From contig NW_026515696.1 of NCBI RefSeq assembly GCF_025526975.1, forward strand, positions 1 to 64,000: a stretch of 64,000 nucleotides of DNA, given 5' to 3'. This stretch comes from Fimicolochytrium jonesii (lineage: Eukaryota). The position numbers and the translations under genes are program-made. This document shows positions 11,901-23,100 of the stretch, in pieces. Position 1 is the first letter of the stretch, and each line of letters starts with the position of its first letter. The notes below the pieces were generated by a model, which did not search any database, had not been told where the DNA came from, and was given only the letters and a program-made list of their open reading frames with translations.

Positions 11901-13302
11901 CATTATATTATCATTGCCTTCCAAACTCCTGCCCTTTAGGTGTTGAGCAACCTAATCATCAAAAACTATCGAATCTACAAGGTGGAACCACTTGCAAAAA
12001 TGACATACCGAGTTCACGCTGAAGATCTGATATCTAAATCTCTATCTGATATGCACAGATCTTTTTCAACCGGAGGGCTGCCAGAGTTTCGGAAGGCAAT
12101 TTCAAGGTGTTCATGCAGGCGGCTGGTCTTACGTCAGTTACGATGGTCGGTGACATTCTGTGTTTTCAAAGGGCCTCGTAGTTCCGTCCTATATCTGACG
12201 AAGAAAACGGGTCGTTCCGGCAGTTGATACTGATCGTATGGACCATCGTCAGCGCCCCAACAGCAATGCTTGTCTCAGCCGGAAGCAACAATTACTACGT
12301 CTGTTCATCCTCCTCGCCGGGCCAAGGGATCTTCAGTGGTCTGCTCTTCGGGTGGAATGGGATTCTGATTGTCTCCGGTCTCGCAGTTGCGTATCTAACG
12401 CGCAACATTTCAAGCGTGTTTTCCGAGTCCAAAAACATCGCCCTTGGTATCTACAATATTCTCGTCATGTCGCTCATTGCCGTAGGTGCTGGCTATCTCG
12501 CTGGGGATGCCGTTAACTTCAATTTCAAGCTTGTTCTCGTGTCCATCTGCATCTTGGTTGGGTCGCTGGCGGCGCCAGGCTTGTTATTCGGGAAGCGGAT
12601 ATATGAGACTATTATGGCGAAAGCTGACAACATGCCCGATGAAGAGTCAAGCTCTGGCGATGGGGGAGGCATGAAGTCGATGATTGGCGCTGCGGGTTCG
12701 AGGAAGAAAAGCGTCGCGGGGGCAGTTTTGGAGTTTGAGAAAGCGGTAGGTTGAAATTTTATGTGTTGCATTCCAGCCAAGTGTCTAATACGCATCAATT
12801 CTTAGACTGTGCTTGAGCTACCGGACTGCTCAGTCCTGCAGAGCGGATTGGTTGCGGCTTGGGCCAAGAAGACGGCTTACTTTGTCACAATCGGCACTCG
12901 GTCAATGGCTTGGCTGGTGGATACAAACATGGGCAATGCGAGCGGAGCTGCGGATGTAAGGGGTAACGACCTCGAAAGGTTAGGTGACATTAATCGCTAA
13001 TGGGAACCCGTCATCTTCAGGCGGCAAAGTCGATCAATATAGATCTCGCGAACTACACAGCAAAAGCCGATGCCGAGGTTGGCACGGTGATGTTTACTCA
13101 CAAGACCAAGAAAAACAAGCGAGCGTCGGACTACAGCTTCACTCTCCAGATGGAAGATCAGCAGTTCCTCAAAGTTTCCGCAAAATATTGTGGAGGTGGA
13201 GGCTTTCATCGGGAAAGCCAGGTGAGGCAGCAAAGCCCGATAAACACCGGCGGTGGTACGCGCAGAGGCGGGGCCATATCCAGTGCTGTGATGGGAATGT
13301 AA
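8998..13302 (+). CDS. Multi-exon class C (GABA-B/glutamate-type) GPCR with two type-I periplasmic sugar-binding-like domains and a Cys-rich linker
   Basis: Signal peptide MISLLVTALAAAAVMAA. Binding-protein motifs VGMDDFQSGYEA...ARCAGW and VGANDWELGYTAAKYL...DRCQGM. 7tm_3 motifs FRNAPRIKS, IKNYRIYKIF, AYLTRNISSVFSESKNIALGIYN. GT-AG introns. Confidence 0.85.
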
Positions 13303-13569
13303 AGATTGTCCAATATGATTTCAACTTTCGTTTTTGTCGGGTGTTTGCTGTCACTCTGATGGGATCAATCCGGACGAACTGTCGAGTCGAGGGGAACCGC
13401 GGCTCGTCCTATACGGTTTTCCATGTACGAAACTAGGTCTCGCTGGAGAATCATTACCACATCCTCCTCTGTGACATCAGCGACACCAAGTCATAGGACG
13501 CCTCTCGTGACACCCAGGCGTGGCTGGATCTAACAGGGCATACTGACGATATATTTGCTCTCCTCGTAA

Positions 13570-13725
13570 GCAACTGAACTGTTTAAGACAAGCTTCGCAC
13601 TCGTCAACCAGTAACAGATCATAAGGTTCAGCATCTGATAGTCGCCAAAGGCTTTCCATTTGAATGACAAGGAAAGAGACCGCGCCTAAGTTGCCGCTGA
13701 CCTTCTGATAAGATCGGTCAATGAA
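13570..13725 (-). pseudogene. Fragment of a herpes UL9/origin-binding-protein-like SF2 helicase
   Basis: LVIQMESLWRL...YDLLLVDECEACLKQF resembles the motif Ib and Walker B region of that family. Isolated fragment next to a poly-G run. Confidence 0.6.
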
Positions 13726-14242
13726 GCTACGTTGTCTAACGGTTAGCGAACGGGACAGGAGAGGGGGGGGGGGGGGGGGGGTGCACTTCCGGCCGCGCCT
13801 TCGTGACGCGCTGTCAGAATGTGTCAGTGAACGGACTGTGATGTTTGACAACTAGCGACGGAACGCCTGGCCGCGCCTCAGAATCGTACAATCGTTGATC
13901 GCCATTTTATACGAGCTGAATGACATGTCTATCCCACCGTCGGATACCGTGTCAACAAGATACGCTGCGCCCTCTGGCCAACGCTACTGCTATGTGCCCG
14001 CAGGGCACATTGTGCTGCTTGTTCCGAACGAGATCCTTGCAGCAGGGAACGCATGGGTAGTCATTGCAGCGACTCCAGCAGCCGCGTGCTCAACATCCTC
14101 GCACGTTATGCGGTCGGATGATCTTCCTGCATACGCCGACTCACCCATTAAAAGAGAATGTCGGAGCCCCAGCGGCGCTTAGGGTAATAGTTGCATGACT
14201 GGATTGCAGTCCGGAGGTGGAAGGAGCTAAGTGCGTTTGCAT

Positions 14243-14950
14243 CCTTTTTTTTCATAGTATGTATCAAGATAGAAACATACCTTGCTACTTTCAGCCTCAA
14301 CCGTGAAACAAACATGAACAATGTGAACAACTTCAACAGCAGCTCTGAAGAGGTACCACGCCCGTCCTGCAACTCTTTGAGTGCAGCTTTGAGTATAGCA
14401 GGACGACATGGGGGCCAGGAAGTCTTCACCTTTATGGTTGAATGCTACGTTCGACTATGGGCAATCTTGAAAACAGGGGTGGCAAACCTTGATATAACTG
14501 TCAAACTGTATTATATGGAGAATCGATCCGAACTTCACATACCCGGCCAAACGCGGGTCCTGATATCCTGCGTTTCCAACAGCTTTCCAGCAGCAAGACT
14601 GCATATCACAAAGCTTCCCACCCATGTGGTTCTCGGCGTTGGTCAGGCCGTGTGAAGACAAGGATCAAGGACATGGAGAAGGCTGTACTGCAGTCTCTCG
14701 GTAACTCCTGTTATTCCCATACCTATCCCTAATGGAAACGGACACCTTCAGCTGTGTTCTCCATGTGAGCCTGCACGGCACCACATGGAGGAGAGAGGCA
14801 GGCGGCTACGCTGCGCTATATATCCAAAGCTAAACTACATGAAACCATGAGGAGTCGCTGCCATTTCCATTCAACTACCAGGGGAACTGACACCAACGGA
14901 GACCAGGTTCGACCTCATACCTGCTTTAACCCCTATGCTTGCACCAACCC
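14243..14950. repeat. Second copy of the degenerate subtelomeric repeat (13955-14115 also matches 4975-5135)
   Basis: Visual alignment with 7703-8390 and 6050-6160. Confidence 0.8.
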
Positions 14951-15037
14951 TAACCCTAACCCTAACCCTAGGGTTCCAGGCAACCCAATAATAAAACCCA
15001 ACCCAGGGTCTTGTAACCCTAACCCTAACCCTAACCC
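14946..15037 (+). mobile_element. ~48-bp 3'-end relic of the telomeric element (14966-15013) between two telomeric tracts
   Basis: (TAACCC)n-TAGGGTTCCAGGCAACCCAATAATAAAACCCAACCCAGGGTCTTG-(TAACCC)4; matches 2308-2357 apart from a shorter G run. Confidence 0.9.
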
Positions 15038-15277
15038 GCCCTCAGGGTTGTTGGTCGGGGCGGACAGTAGTGTGTGTGATTTGGGACCGTCGGTCGGGCG
15101 TCCTTGGCGAGTAAGGACCTTGGTCGCGTTGGTCTGTCAGGGTCTGATGTGCAGCGCGCCCCCCTTGGTAAACATCACTTGCTGTCAGCGCAGGACATTT
15201 CTAACACACCCTGCACTCGCTCAGGCGCGTCCAACAATCCAAAGGACCGCAAGGACCGGGTGCACGGTCTTTTTAAA

Positions 15278-15440
15278 GTAGCGTCCTTACTCCCTGTTAC
15301 AGTACCCCGCTCTTTTGTAGCGTCCTTACTCCCCGTTACAGTACCCCGCTACTTTTGTAGCGTCCTGACTCCCCGTTACAGTACCCCGCCACTTTCTGTA
15401 GCTCCCTGACTCCCGTTACAGTACCCTGCTACTTTTTGTA
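15278..15440 (+). repeat. Minisatellite, four ~40-bp units
   Basis: Unit approx. GTAGCGTCCTTACTCCCCGTTACAGTACCCCGCTACTTTT, starting at 15278, 15317, 15357 and 15398. Confidence 0.9.
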
Positions 15441-15486
15441 ACGGACCCCTTACATTACACTACATTACACTACAGTACACCTTGCC

Positions 15487-15855
15487 ATGCTCTCATACCC
15501 CCAACAAGCATCCCAGACCGGCTACCCGGTCACCTACCCGCCAGAGATGGTACCGATCCCATCTCATTACCACCAACAACCATCACCTTCGTTGGCACAG
15601 AAATTACAACTCTTCAGCAATGAGGTCCGAACCCTTTTGGCGGATAACCAGGATGACATGTACAAAGTAGTCCTGGATTCCGTAAAGACCAATGTTGCCG
15701 ACTGCGCACAAGAGACTGACGACAACCTGTCCTCTGTCACCACCATGATGACGGATGCGCTCGCAGACATGGAAACAACGTTTCGTCAAGAGATATCCGG
15801 TTTACGTCAAGAGATGCTCACTGCAATAGAGATTTCTGGGCCAAGAGCTCGCTGA
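15487..15855 (+). CDS. Hypothetical helical/coiled-coil protein, possibly truncated
   Basis: ATG-initiated 122-aa ORF with a Pro/Tyr-rich N-terminus and an amphipathic helical remainder. Confidence 0.4.
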   Translation: MLSYPQQASQTGYPVTYPPEMVPIPSHYHQQPSPSLAQKLQLFSNEVRTLLADNQDDMYKVVLDSVKTNVADCAQETDDNLSSVTTMMTDALADMETTFRQEISGLRQEMLTAIEISGPRAR

Positions 15856-16029
15856 CTTTCGCCACCCAACACTGTCCGCCCCGACCAACAACCAAGGACG
15901 TTCACCAAGGACGAGACACCGGCGCAAGGACAGTGCTCACCAAGGACGCCCGAACGACGCTCCCAACTATCACACACACTGACGGCCCGACGCCCAGCTG
16001 GGGCGATGCTGACCAGGGAACCTGGAGGC

Positions 16030-16371
16030 AGAATGTCCCTGCGGCCGCACACAGAGCACGCGTCGGATCTAGTACGAAGCTGTCGTCGCTGGATGATGCG
16101 GATCTGATCCTCGCTAAGGGTTGCCGTAACGTATGACCCTCCACGGACACGGTCAACCCCTGTGTTGTTCCATATAGCGCAACGTTAGCTCATTTTCCGA
16201 TATGTCGCGTATCGCGGGGGTCTCCAGCAACCTGATCGGTCGGTGCACCTGTGTCCAAAGAGACCCGTTCACGGCGAAGTGTTGTGCGATGCGACTGTCG
16301 AGACACAGCGACTTTGCGACGTAGTAAAAGCCGTCGTCGCGGGCGAGGACGTACAGGGTATGGTCGGACAT
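16030..16371 (-). pseudogene. Frameshifted GIY-YIG nuclease of the large-DNA-virus type with a C-terminal zinc-knuckle remnant
   Basis: LYVLARDDGFYYVAKS...RIAQHF..NGSLWTQVHRP...ENELTLRYM, then after a frameshift near 16160 VDRVRGGSYV...DACSVCGR. Confidence 0.75.
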
Positions 16372-16449
16372 CCTCCTTCGAGTCCCTTCTGCTGGACCTG
16401 CTGCCCTGCCAGAATCCAAGATCGCTTCTAAAATCTGCTAATAGCTCCC

Positions 16450-17430
16450 AGTGCGTATACGTACTACTCTTCGTCCCCTCAACAACCCGCAGGTCAGTTG
16501 TATATCACATACGCGTCGTCGGCGCTATTGAGCACGAGGTGCGAGGATGTGGAGGACTTGATGGGGAATGGGATGGCGGTTTTATTGAACCCGTTCGCAC
16601 GCAGCGGAGGAGGAACGCTTGCCCATTTGTCGTGCGATCAGTGGCCCAGTTGGTCGAGCAGGGGGTCGGGACGTAAGAAAGCAGGACGAACGGCAACCTG
16701 CCTTTGGAGACGACGACGGGGGTGGATTCGGTGTCCATCAACGCCTGGTCGATGCCGATGGTATCGATATTGACACCTATGTCGTCGACGCCAAAAGAGG
16801 GCGTGCTACCCGTGGTGGATATCAAACTCTTCTTCCAAGTATTGAAATTCCTTCCGTAGTCGCTCGACTGGATGAAAAAAGGTGTCATGATTGGGCAACC
16901 CGCGTTGCACAGCAACGTCGCATCACTCTCCCGGAGCGTGCCATACACAAACAACATCGTCCCGGAAACATCGCACGCCGGCCCGTGCGGAATGCAACTC
17001 CTCGGCCCGGTGCTCGTCTTCCCCGTTGGCGTCGTGTACGACCCGCTGGTAGTGCTGTAATTACCCAGCACCGTTGTAGGTCGCGATGTTGGCGGCGCCG
17101 TTGCCGGCTTTGCCCGTGCGGTAAAACATCTGCAGGCCGTAGTGGGGCGTGGTGATAAAGTGCAGGTAGGATAATGACCTCTCTAGCGCGACATTGCCTG
17201 ACACGGTCGTGCTCGCGCCCCAAACCGCGTGGCCACCCACGACACGTGCCCGCCACACTCGTCAACCCGCTATTGCTCACAATATACGTCAACGCGCTCT
17301 CATGCATATTGAACGCGAGATGGATGCGTTCGTCCGAGGGCGAAATGCCCATGCTGATCCCGTTGCGCGCGTCGCGCAGGTAGGTGCCATGGGGCAACGA
17401 GTAGCTAAGCGCCGTGCTCCCATGTGCGGG
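16450..17430 (-). pseudogene. BNR_4-type beta-propeller protein, disrupted
   Basis: Pieces in three frames: DARNGISMGISPSDERIHLAFNMH, LSYLHFITTP..LQMFYRTGKAGNG, FFIQSSDYGRNF. Confidence 0.65.
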
Positions 17431-18179
17431 TCGGGTGCAGTTTGCGGTGTTCGATCGTGAGCGTGCGATTCGGCATGCCAGGTGGCGTATTGGGCTTTGC
17501 TGTTGAGAAATGGTGTCCGGCGATGTCTTGACCGACCGAATTGGTAGATATTGCCTGTAACCGGGCGGCTGCAGCCTAATCGGGACTGGTTGTGGACAGT
17601 GGAGCTGATCCTGTCCCTACAACCAGCATTATATCACTGTACTACTTCCTGGAGTTTGCCTTATCTACCTTGTATGCAAGAACGCAATTTTTCCCAAATC
17701 CGCCCCATTCCTGCACAGGATGGTCCCTTGTCAAATTTGACCGTGAGCCTGCTTCATTTCATTTCACCGTTGGGTTTTCCACGATGATGTCCACACGCGC
17801 ACGTGATATTGTTCCAGTCACTACGTATACAATTTGGAAGACGGCCCTACAGCGAGGACAAAGATGGTAACTCCGGTTCATCGAATCTTCCGCATTTCCC
17901 TCACACGCCTCCCCAACCCCCCAAACCGTCGTTATTTGACGCTTGATACCCCAGGCCTTCTCAGTTCGCACAACAACACGGTCAATCTGGCAACCAGAAG
18001 AATCTGGATCTTTTTAATTGCCGAGGAACAACGCCATACCGTAAGTTTTTCCAGATAAAATGCGGTACTAGTGTCCTCGATATTGAAAACTATTTCTATT
18101 TGGGAGTGATTCCAACGTGAATGGTTCTACATATATTCGTGACTAAATTCTGCCATTGCATATCATAAGTTTACTCCGA

Positions 18180-18735
18180 TTAACGGCACCAGTCGTTAAT
18201 GCCTCTGGCATTACTGTCTACACAGCCATTGTCGCAGTGATACATGTAGGAGATATTGCCGTCGTCGTCCGTGCAATAGAATATGTCGTTGTCGTCCGTG
18301 TGGCCAGTCGCAGCCATCACCGGGTCGTAGTTTGTTCCGGTCGCTATCAAAGATAGTGTGTTAACAAGCTTTTCAGGAGCAACAAAGATCATGGGTGAGG
18401 GAAGCGGAGCGGATGGACGTGCGGCGGTATGAGAATGGCGAAGAGTTTGTGGTGTTTGTCAAGGCGAGGGTGATTGTGAGTATCCCACCGCCGTGCTGGC
18501 GGGATTTCTGTCCATCCCCACCCCCTCGCTCACTACACTTTCTCCATTCCCCGCCCTCTCCCCCACCTTACTCACCTCGGCCCCCCTCCCCCCCCCCCCC
18601 TCCTCTCAATTACATACCAATGCTCCTCAAGGTCGAACCGCAGTATACCAATCCTTTGTCGCAGTTCCTAGCCTTGACTTGGCCAGAAACGCAGACGAGG
18701 GCGACGACAGCAAGGAGTGCAGAGACGAGCTTCAT
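18180..18735 (-). CDS. Small secreted six-Cys protein (exons 18735-18618 and 18343-18180)
   Basis: MKLVSALLAVVALVCVSGQVKARNCDKGLVYCGSTLRSI/ATGTNYDP...FYC...HCDNGC...NDWCR*; GT-AG intron; paralog on the opposite strand. Confidence 0.85.
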
Positions 18736-19371
18736 GATTGAAAGAGGCGGAAGGGACGTGTAGAGGACAAATGCAACAGGGAGACGACGAGGCGCTCCTT
18801 TTATAGCAGATTGTTGCGGGCCCCATCCAAGAAATGACTGTGACGGTGGGTGGATGGGTAAGTTGGGAGAAGGGCCGCGGAACGCCCAAATACGTACGAA
18901 TAAGTCCATGGAACGCCCGAATAATAAACCATTAGTGCATTGAACGCCATCAATGGATCCTGCTGCGCCATCCTCCACTGACCCTGCTGGATAGCTTGTA
19001 GGCAGTCTCATTTGGGATATCAGCTGACTGTATGTGGCATGGGGTTCGTGAGAAAAAGATGATTTCAGGAAGGCGCACCGCTGTTGCGCGTCGCGATATG
19101 TCGCTGACTCCCCACGAAAACCCCCTGGGCTAGAGACGGGGAGAGAGAAAACAAGTGCTAAGCGGCATGAGTTGCATCGGCATGAGATACGAATAAGTAG
19201 CGGCCTTCCGAAGTGCTTCGAGTACAGCAAAATTGCATTTCATGGGCAATTGCTTTATTGCGTGGGCGTTCCGCGGCCTTTCTCCCCATCCACCCACCCA
19301 CCCATACACGACCCACCCCACACTCATTCTTGAGTGCGGGCCGCAACGATCTGCTGTAAAGGAAGGCGACT

Positions 19372-19400
19372 ATCTGCTATAAAAGAAGCACCTCGTCCGT
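19372..19400 (+). promoter_or_regulatory. TATA-box core promoter conserved between the two paralogs (mirror copy at ~18784-18811 on the minus strand)
   Basis: ATCTGCTATAAAAG.AGC.CCTCGTC lies ~70 nt upstream of both ATGs. Confidence 0.7.
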
Positions 19401-19443
19401 CTCCCCTTAGCATACATCCTCCATACACATCCCTTCCTCAACC

Positions 19444-19788
19444 ATGAACCTCGTCTCCGCACTACTTGCTGTCGTCGCCCTCGTCTGCGTTTCTGGCCAA
19501 GTCGAGGCTAGGAACTGCAAAAGAAATAAAGTATACTGTGGCTCCACCTTGAGGAGCATTGGTATGTACTTGAGACGAGACGATCTGTGTTGCTTCTGAA
19601 CCTCCTAACACGCAATTTATCTGCTAGCGACCGGGAACAACTATGACCCGGTGATGGAAGCGACAGGTCACACGGACGGCAACGACTTGTTCTATTGCAC
19701 AGACTACGACGGCAATATTAAGTGGATCCAATACTGCCAGGGTGGTTGTCGGGACAACGATTGGAAAGACGACACTTGTAATTGGTAG
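19444..19788 (+). CDS. Small secreted six-Cys protein, paralog (exons 19444-19561 and 19628-19788)
   Basis: MNLVSALLAVVALVCVSGQVEARNCKRNKVYCGSTLRSI/ATGNNYDP...FYC...YCQGGC...DDTCNW*; same intron position; absent from the supplied ORF track. Confidence 0.85.
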
Positions 19789-20162
19789 TCATAGAAGTGT
19801 ACTTGTCCCACATGAAGAGCCGGGATCACTCTCAGCTGTCCGACAACGACATAGATGACGACTGTTGTAATTGCCAGTGATCGGAATATATTTGTATATG
19901 TGAGCAGAAATCAGTAACGAATAGAACCATCCATCACCTTTGCTTGGTATACCACCGCTTCGGTGTCTGACCGAAGTCCGTGTTGTCACAATTTAGCACG
20001 AGTTACTGTACTGTACTCACTTCTAGAATCTAGCCATTCCCAAACGCGTCGTCCCGCTTACATAAGGCGCTTGTAAGTTGCGCAGAAGGCCGAGTGATGA
20101 GTGAATAAAAAGCGATCTACTTTCCTCGCCCTCCGTACACGCATTCCCCGAACAGTCCTAAG

Positions 20163-23100
20163 ATGGCGTCCGACAGCGAGTGAGCTGCTGGAGCAGGACG
20201 CCGAAAAATGCTTCCACGCTATCGTACGGCTCTTCGCTGACTATTCTCTCACCGCAAGCGCATTCATCGACGAGCTATTCGAGGACAATAAGGCAGCGGC
20301 GATCGCGTACCGGGCAACAAACAGTCCAACACTTTATAAGGCACTGTTGAACCAGCTATTAGAAAATGCAAACAGCCTGTACGTCACAGCAAAGAAAGAG
20401 CAGGTTCCAGATCAGACCGCAGTTACCGGAGCGCTAGATTACTTGAAAAGAATCAAGAGGTTTATCGCTGTCATTTTCATCATGCTGTCTGAGCTGTGCG
20501 CATACATGTCGCAAGGTCCTTGGGATGGCCTCGTTCCATCAAGTAGCTCTGCATGCCCTGGCCACATTGATGTCCCAAATTGACCAGTCATTCCACCGAT
20601 GAAATCTGGCAAGCCAGGATTTTGCCAAGGCACATTAATCTCAAGAAACGTGGACACACCCGTGGGGCATTCGGTGGATTCCATGGCTCCCCAAACCATT
20701 GGTGCCGGCTCTTCGTCATGGACTCTTATAATCGCATTGTGCCGCTGCCATGATATTGCTCTAGCTGTTCCCTTGCTCCTTCGTTTTTGTGCCGTCCGCA
20801 GATGGCGCCAGCCCTCAACCCGGGTCCTTCTCGATACATACATGCTTTCGATTTTCCTCATGTTTACGCTCAACTGTTCACTCAATAGTCATCCTGTCCT
20901 TTACCTTTGCGTGCCACCTCCGGTCAGTGCCCTCATCGTACCATAGGGAACTTTCACTTACAACTCCACGACTCAGGAACATCGAGACGGACACAGCCTA
21001 TTCGGCGCGACCGCATCCTCCAAGGCCAGTGTACGCCAAAGTACATCCTTTCCACAACTAAATCAAACCCACGGAGTTGAGGATCGGCCCATCGGAGTGC
21101 ATTTGGCATGGAAGCGAACAAGCTGCACTGGCCCGCTACTGTGATCGCACAGATAGTGGAGTTTACACAGCATATAGCAGAGTATCAAACCCTGCGGCAT
21201 CCATCCGATATGACGTCGACGGCGTGCGTATCTCAAGCTTTCGGTCCATTTTGAGATGTACTTCGGGAACGCAGGGGTGACTGTAAAAGCCGTCAAAAAT
21301 TTCTTCCAAAGAATCGGCAACGCTTTAATGGTGTGTGAGAAGCCTAAGGCACTTTTGGAACGATTTCAATTGTTCTTCGAAGGGACTGCGCACTTCAATG
21401 CTTTGCTTGTTGCGAAGATGAAGGCATCGTACACCAATGTATGGGAGAGACAGCTAGGATCCGACTTTGAGGTTCCTTCACTAGGTCCTATAATAGTGGG
21501 CCTGCTCCCTGTGCATATCAAACCAACCCTCGCCCTATTTGCGGAGGCCTCAATCGACGCGAAAGCAACCGGGGAGGTTCAGTATGGATTTTCAGTAACC
21601 CAGACCTTGCGAGTCGGCTACAAATGGGAGCCGGGGCCAAAGTCGAGCAGACCGATGGTTGAACGCACGTTCGATTTCATGGAGCATCCCTTCGTGGCGG
21701 CAACTCAGGGCACCGCTGAACTCAAACTGAAGCTGAAGCCTCGGCTCTTGCTCACATTTGACCCTGTGCTCAGAACTAGCGTAACGCTCGCGCCCTACGT
21801 AGGCGTGGGTCTGAATACCAATGCTGCTGTCAAGCAACAAGGCGAGGCTGCTTTCTTTTTCAACCTTTCGGTGCAGCCGTTCTATGGCATGGACGTGACT
21901 TTCTGGGTAGGTACGGGAGCCCGATGCAAGTTTGCAGGCGCTTAATACATCCTGGCCATTTGCTTATTATGGATCTACCGTAGCTGGACAAAATAGGTCT
22001 ACCTCCTTTCGACCTGGGACCCTTGGGAAAGATCACCCCTGAGAAGATCGGAAGATCAACACTGCCAAAGGAGTGGCCTATAACTTTGGTTAGCGAGACA
22101 CCAGCTAGAGCGCCGTTTACTTACACCTCCACCATCAAGCGGGATCCCATTCCACCGGCGCCGGCCCTAGCGCCACCCGTCGCGCAAAGTTGGCTTCTCA
22201 TCCCTCCGTCCTCTTCTTACTCTTACCTTAAGGAGTGCTCGCGGACTTCTCGTGCGCCGCCTTAGGGACCAAGCCTCTTGGGCACATGGAATGCAATATA
22301 TGGTCATGCGGGACATATCCTTGCGGAGGAAATCAAGCGATAGCAATTGAATGTGGTGGATGCAGGGCGTTTCATTATCACAGGCGTTCGTTCTCCCTTG
22401 GAATATCTGGGAATTCATCAACCTCTCTGTGTACGAAGATGTGAATACAGCGCCTCGGCAAGAAAGGAGCAGTGCGGGTTCCCATACCAGGGCGCCTGGT
22501 ACGTGCTTCGATAAGTCTTTCCGCGCTGGACACTGGGATCGTCTGACGCAACCACCTTTCGCAGGATGGGTTGTAATTACGCTTACTATTGCCTTCCGGG
22601 CTCGCCGATCGCATCCCCAACACTGGCGAGGGAATGCCAAGTATGGGGTGGGGGCAAAGTACGAGGCCTTGTCCTTACGCACCTTGGCCTGCTTCCTCGA
22701 TTTAATCATTTCTTGCCGCAGGATCCGTGCTTGCGTGCATATTGGATTCCCGTTCCGGGTGGCGCTGGATGTAGCAAACCTTGCGGAGGCGGAACTGATA
22801 ACGTTTATTATAATTGCATTAGTGCTACGAAGGACCCTTTTACCGGGCGTCCAACCGTTTGCGAGGACTCGTTCTCCGAAAACAACAACGCGACTCTCAG
22901 CAAATCAGGTTTGCACATCCTCTCACTAAGTGTCGCAGCGCCGTTGTCACTCTCTTATTCTTCTCGTGCACCTTTCGTTGACAGGGGTGCTTACCAAAAT
23001 GTTGGCACCGCCAAATGCAGTTATTCCCTGAATGTCAACCCGTGCCCCGTCGTAACGAGCTACAGCCCAGAGTTTAGTGTTTGGAGTTCCCGCAGCCGCC

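Noticed and set aside
15278..15440. CRISPR-like array
   Set aside because: Units are contiguous with no unique spacers, the context is eukaryotic, and no cas genes are present. The same applies to 31630-31808.
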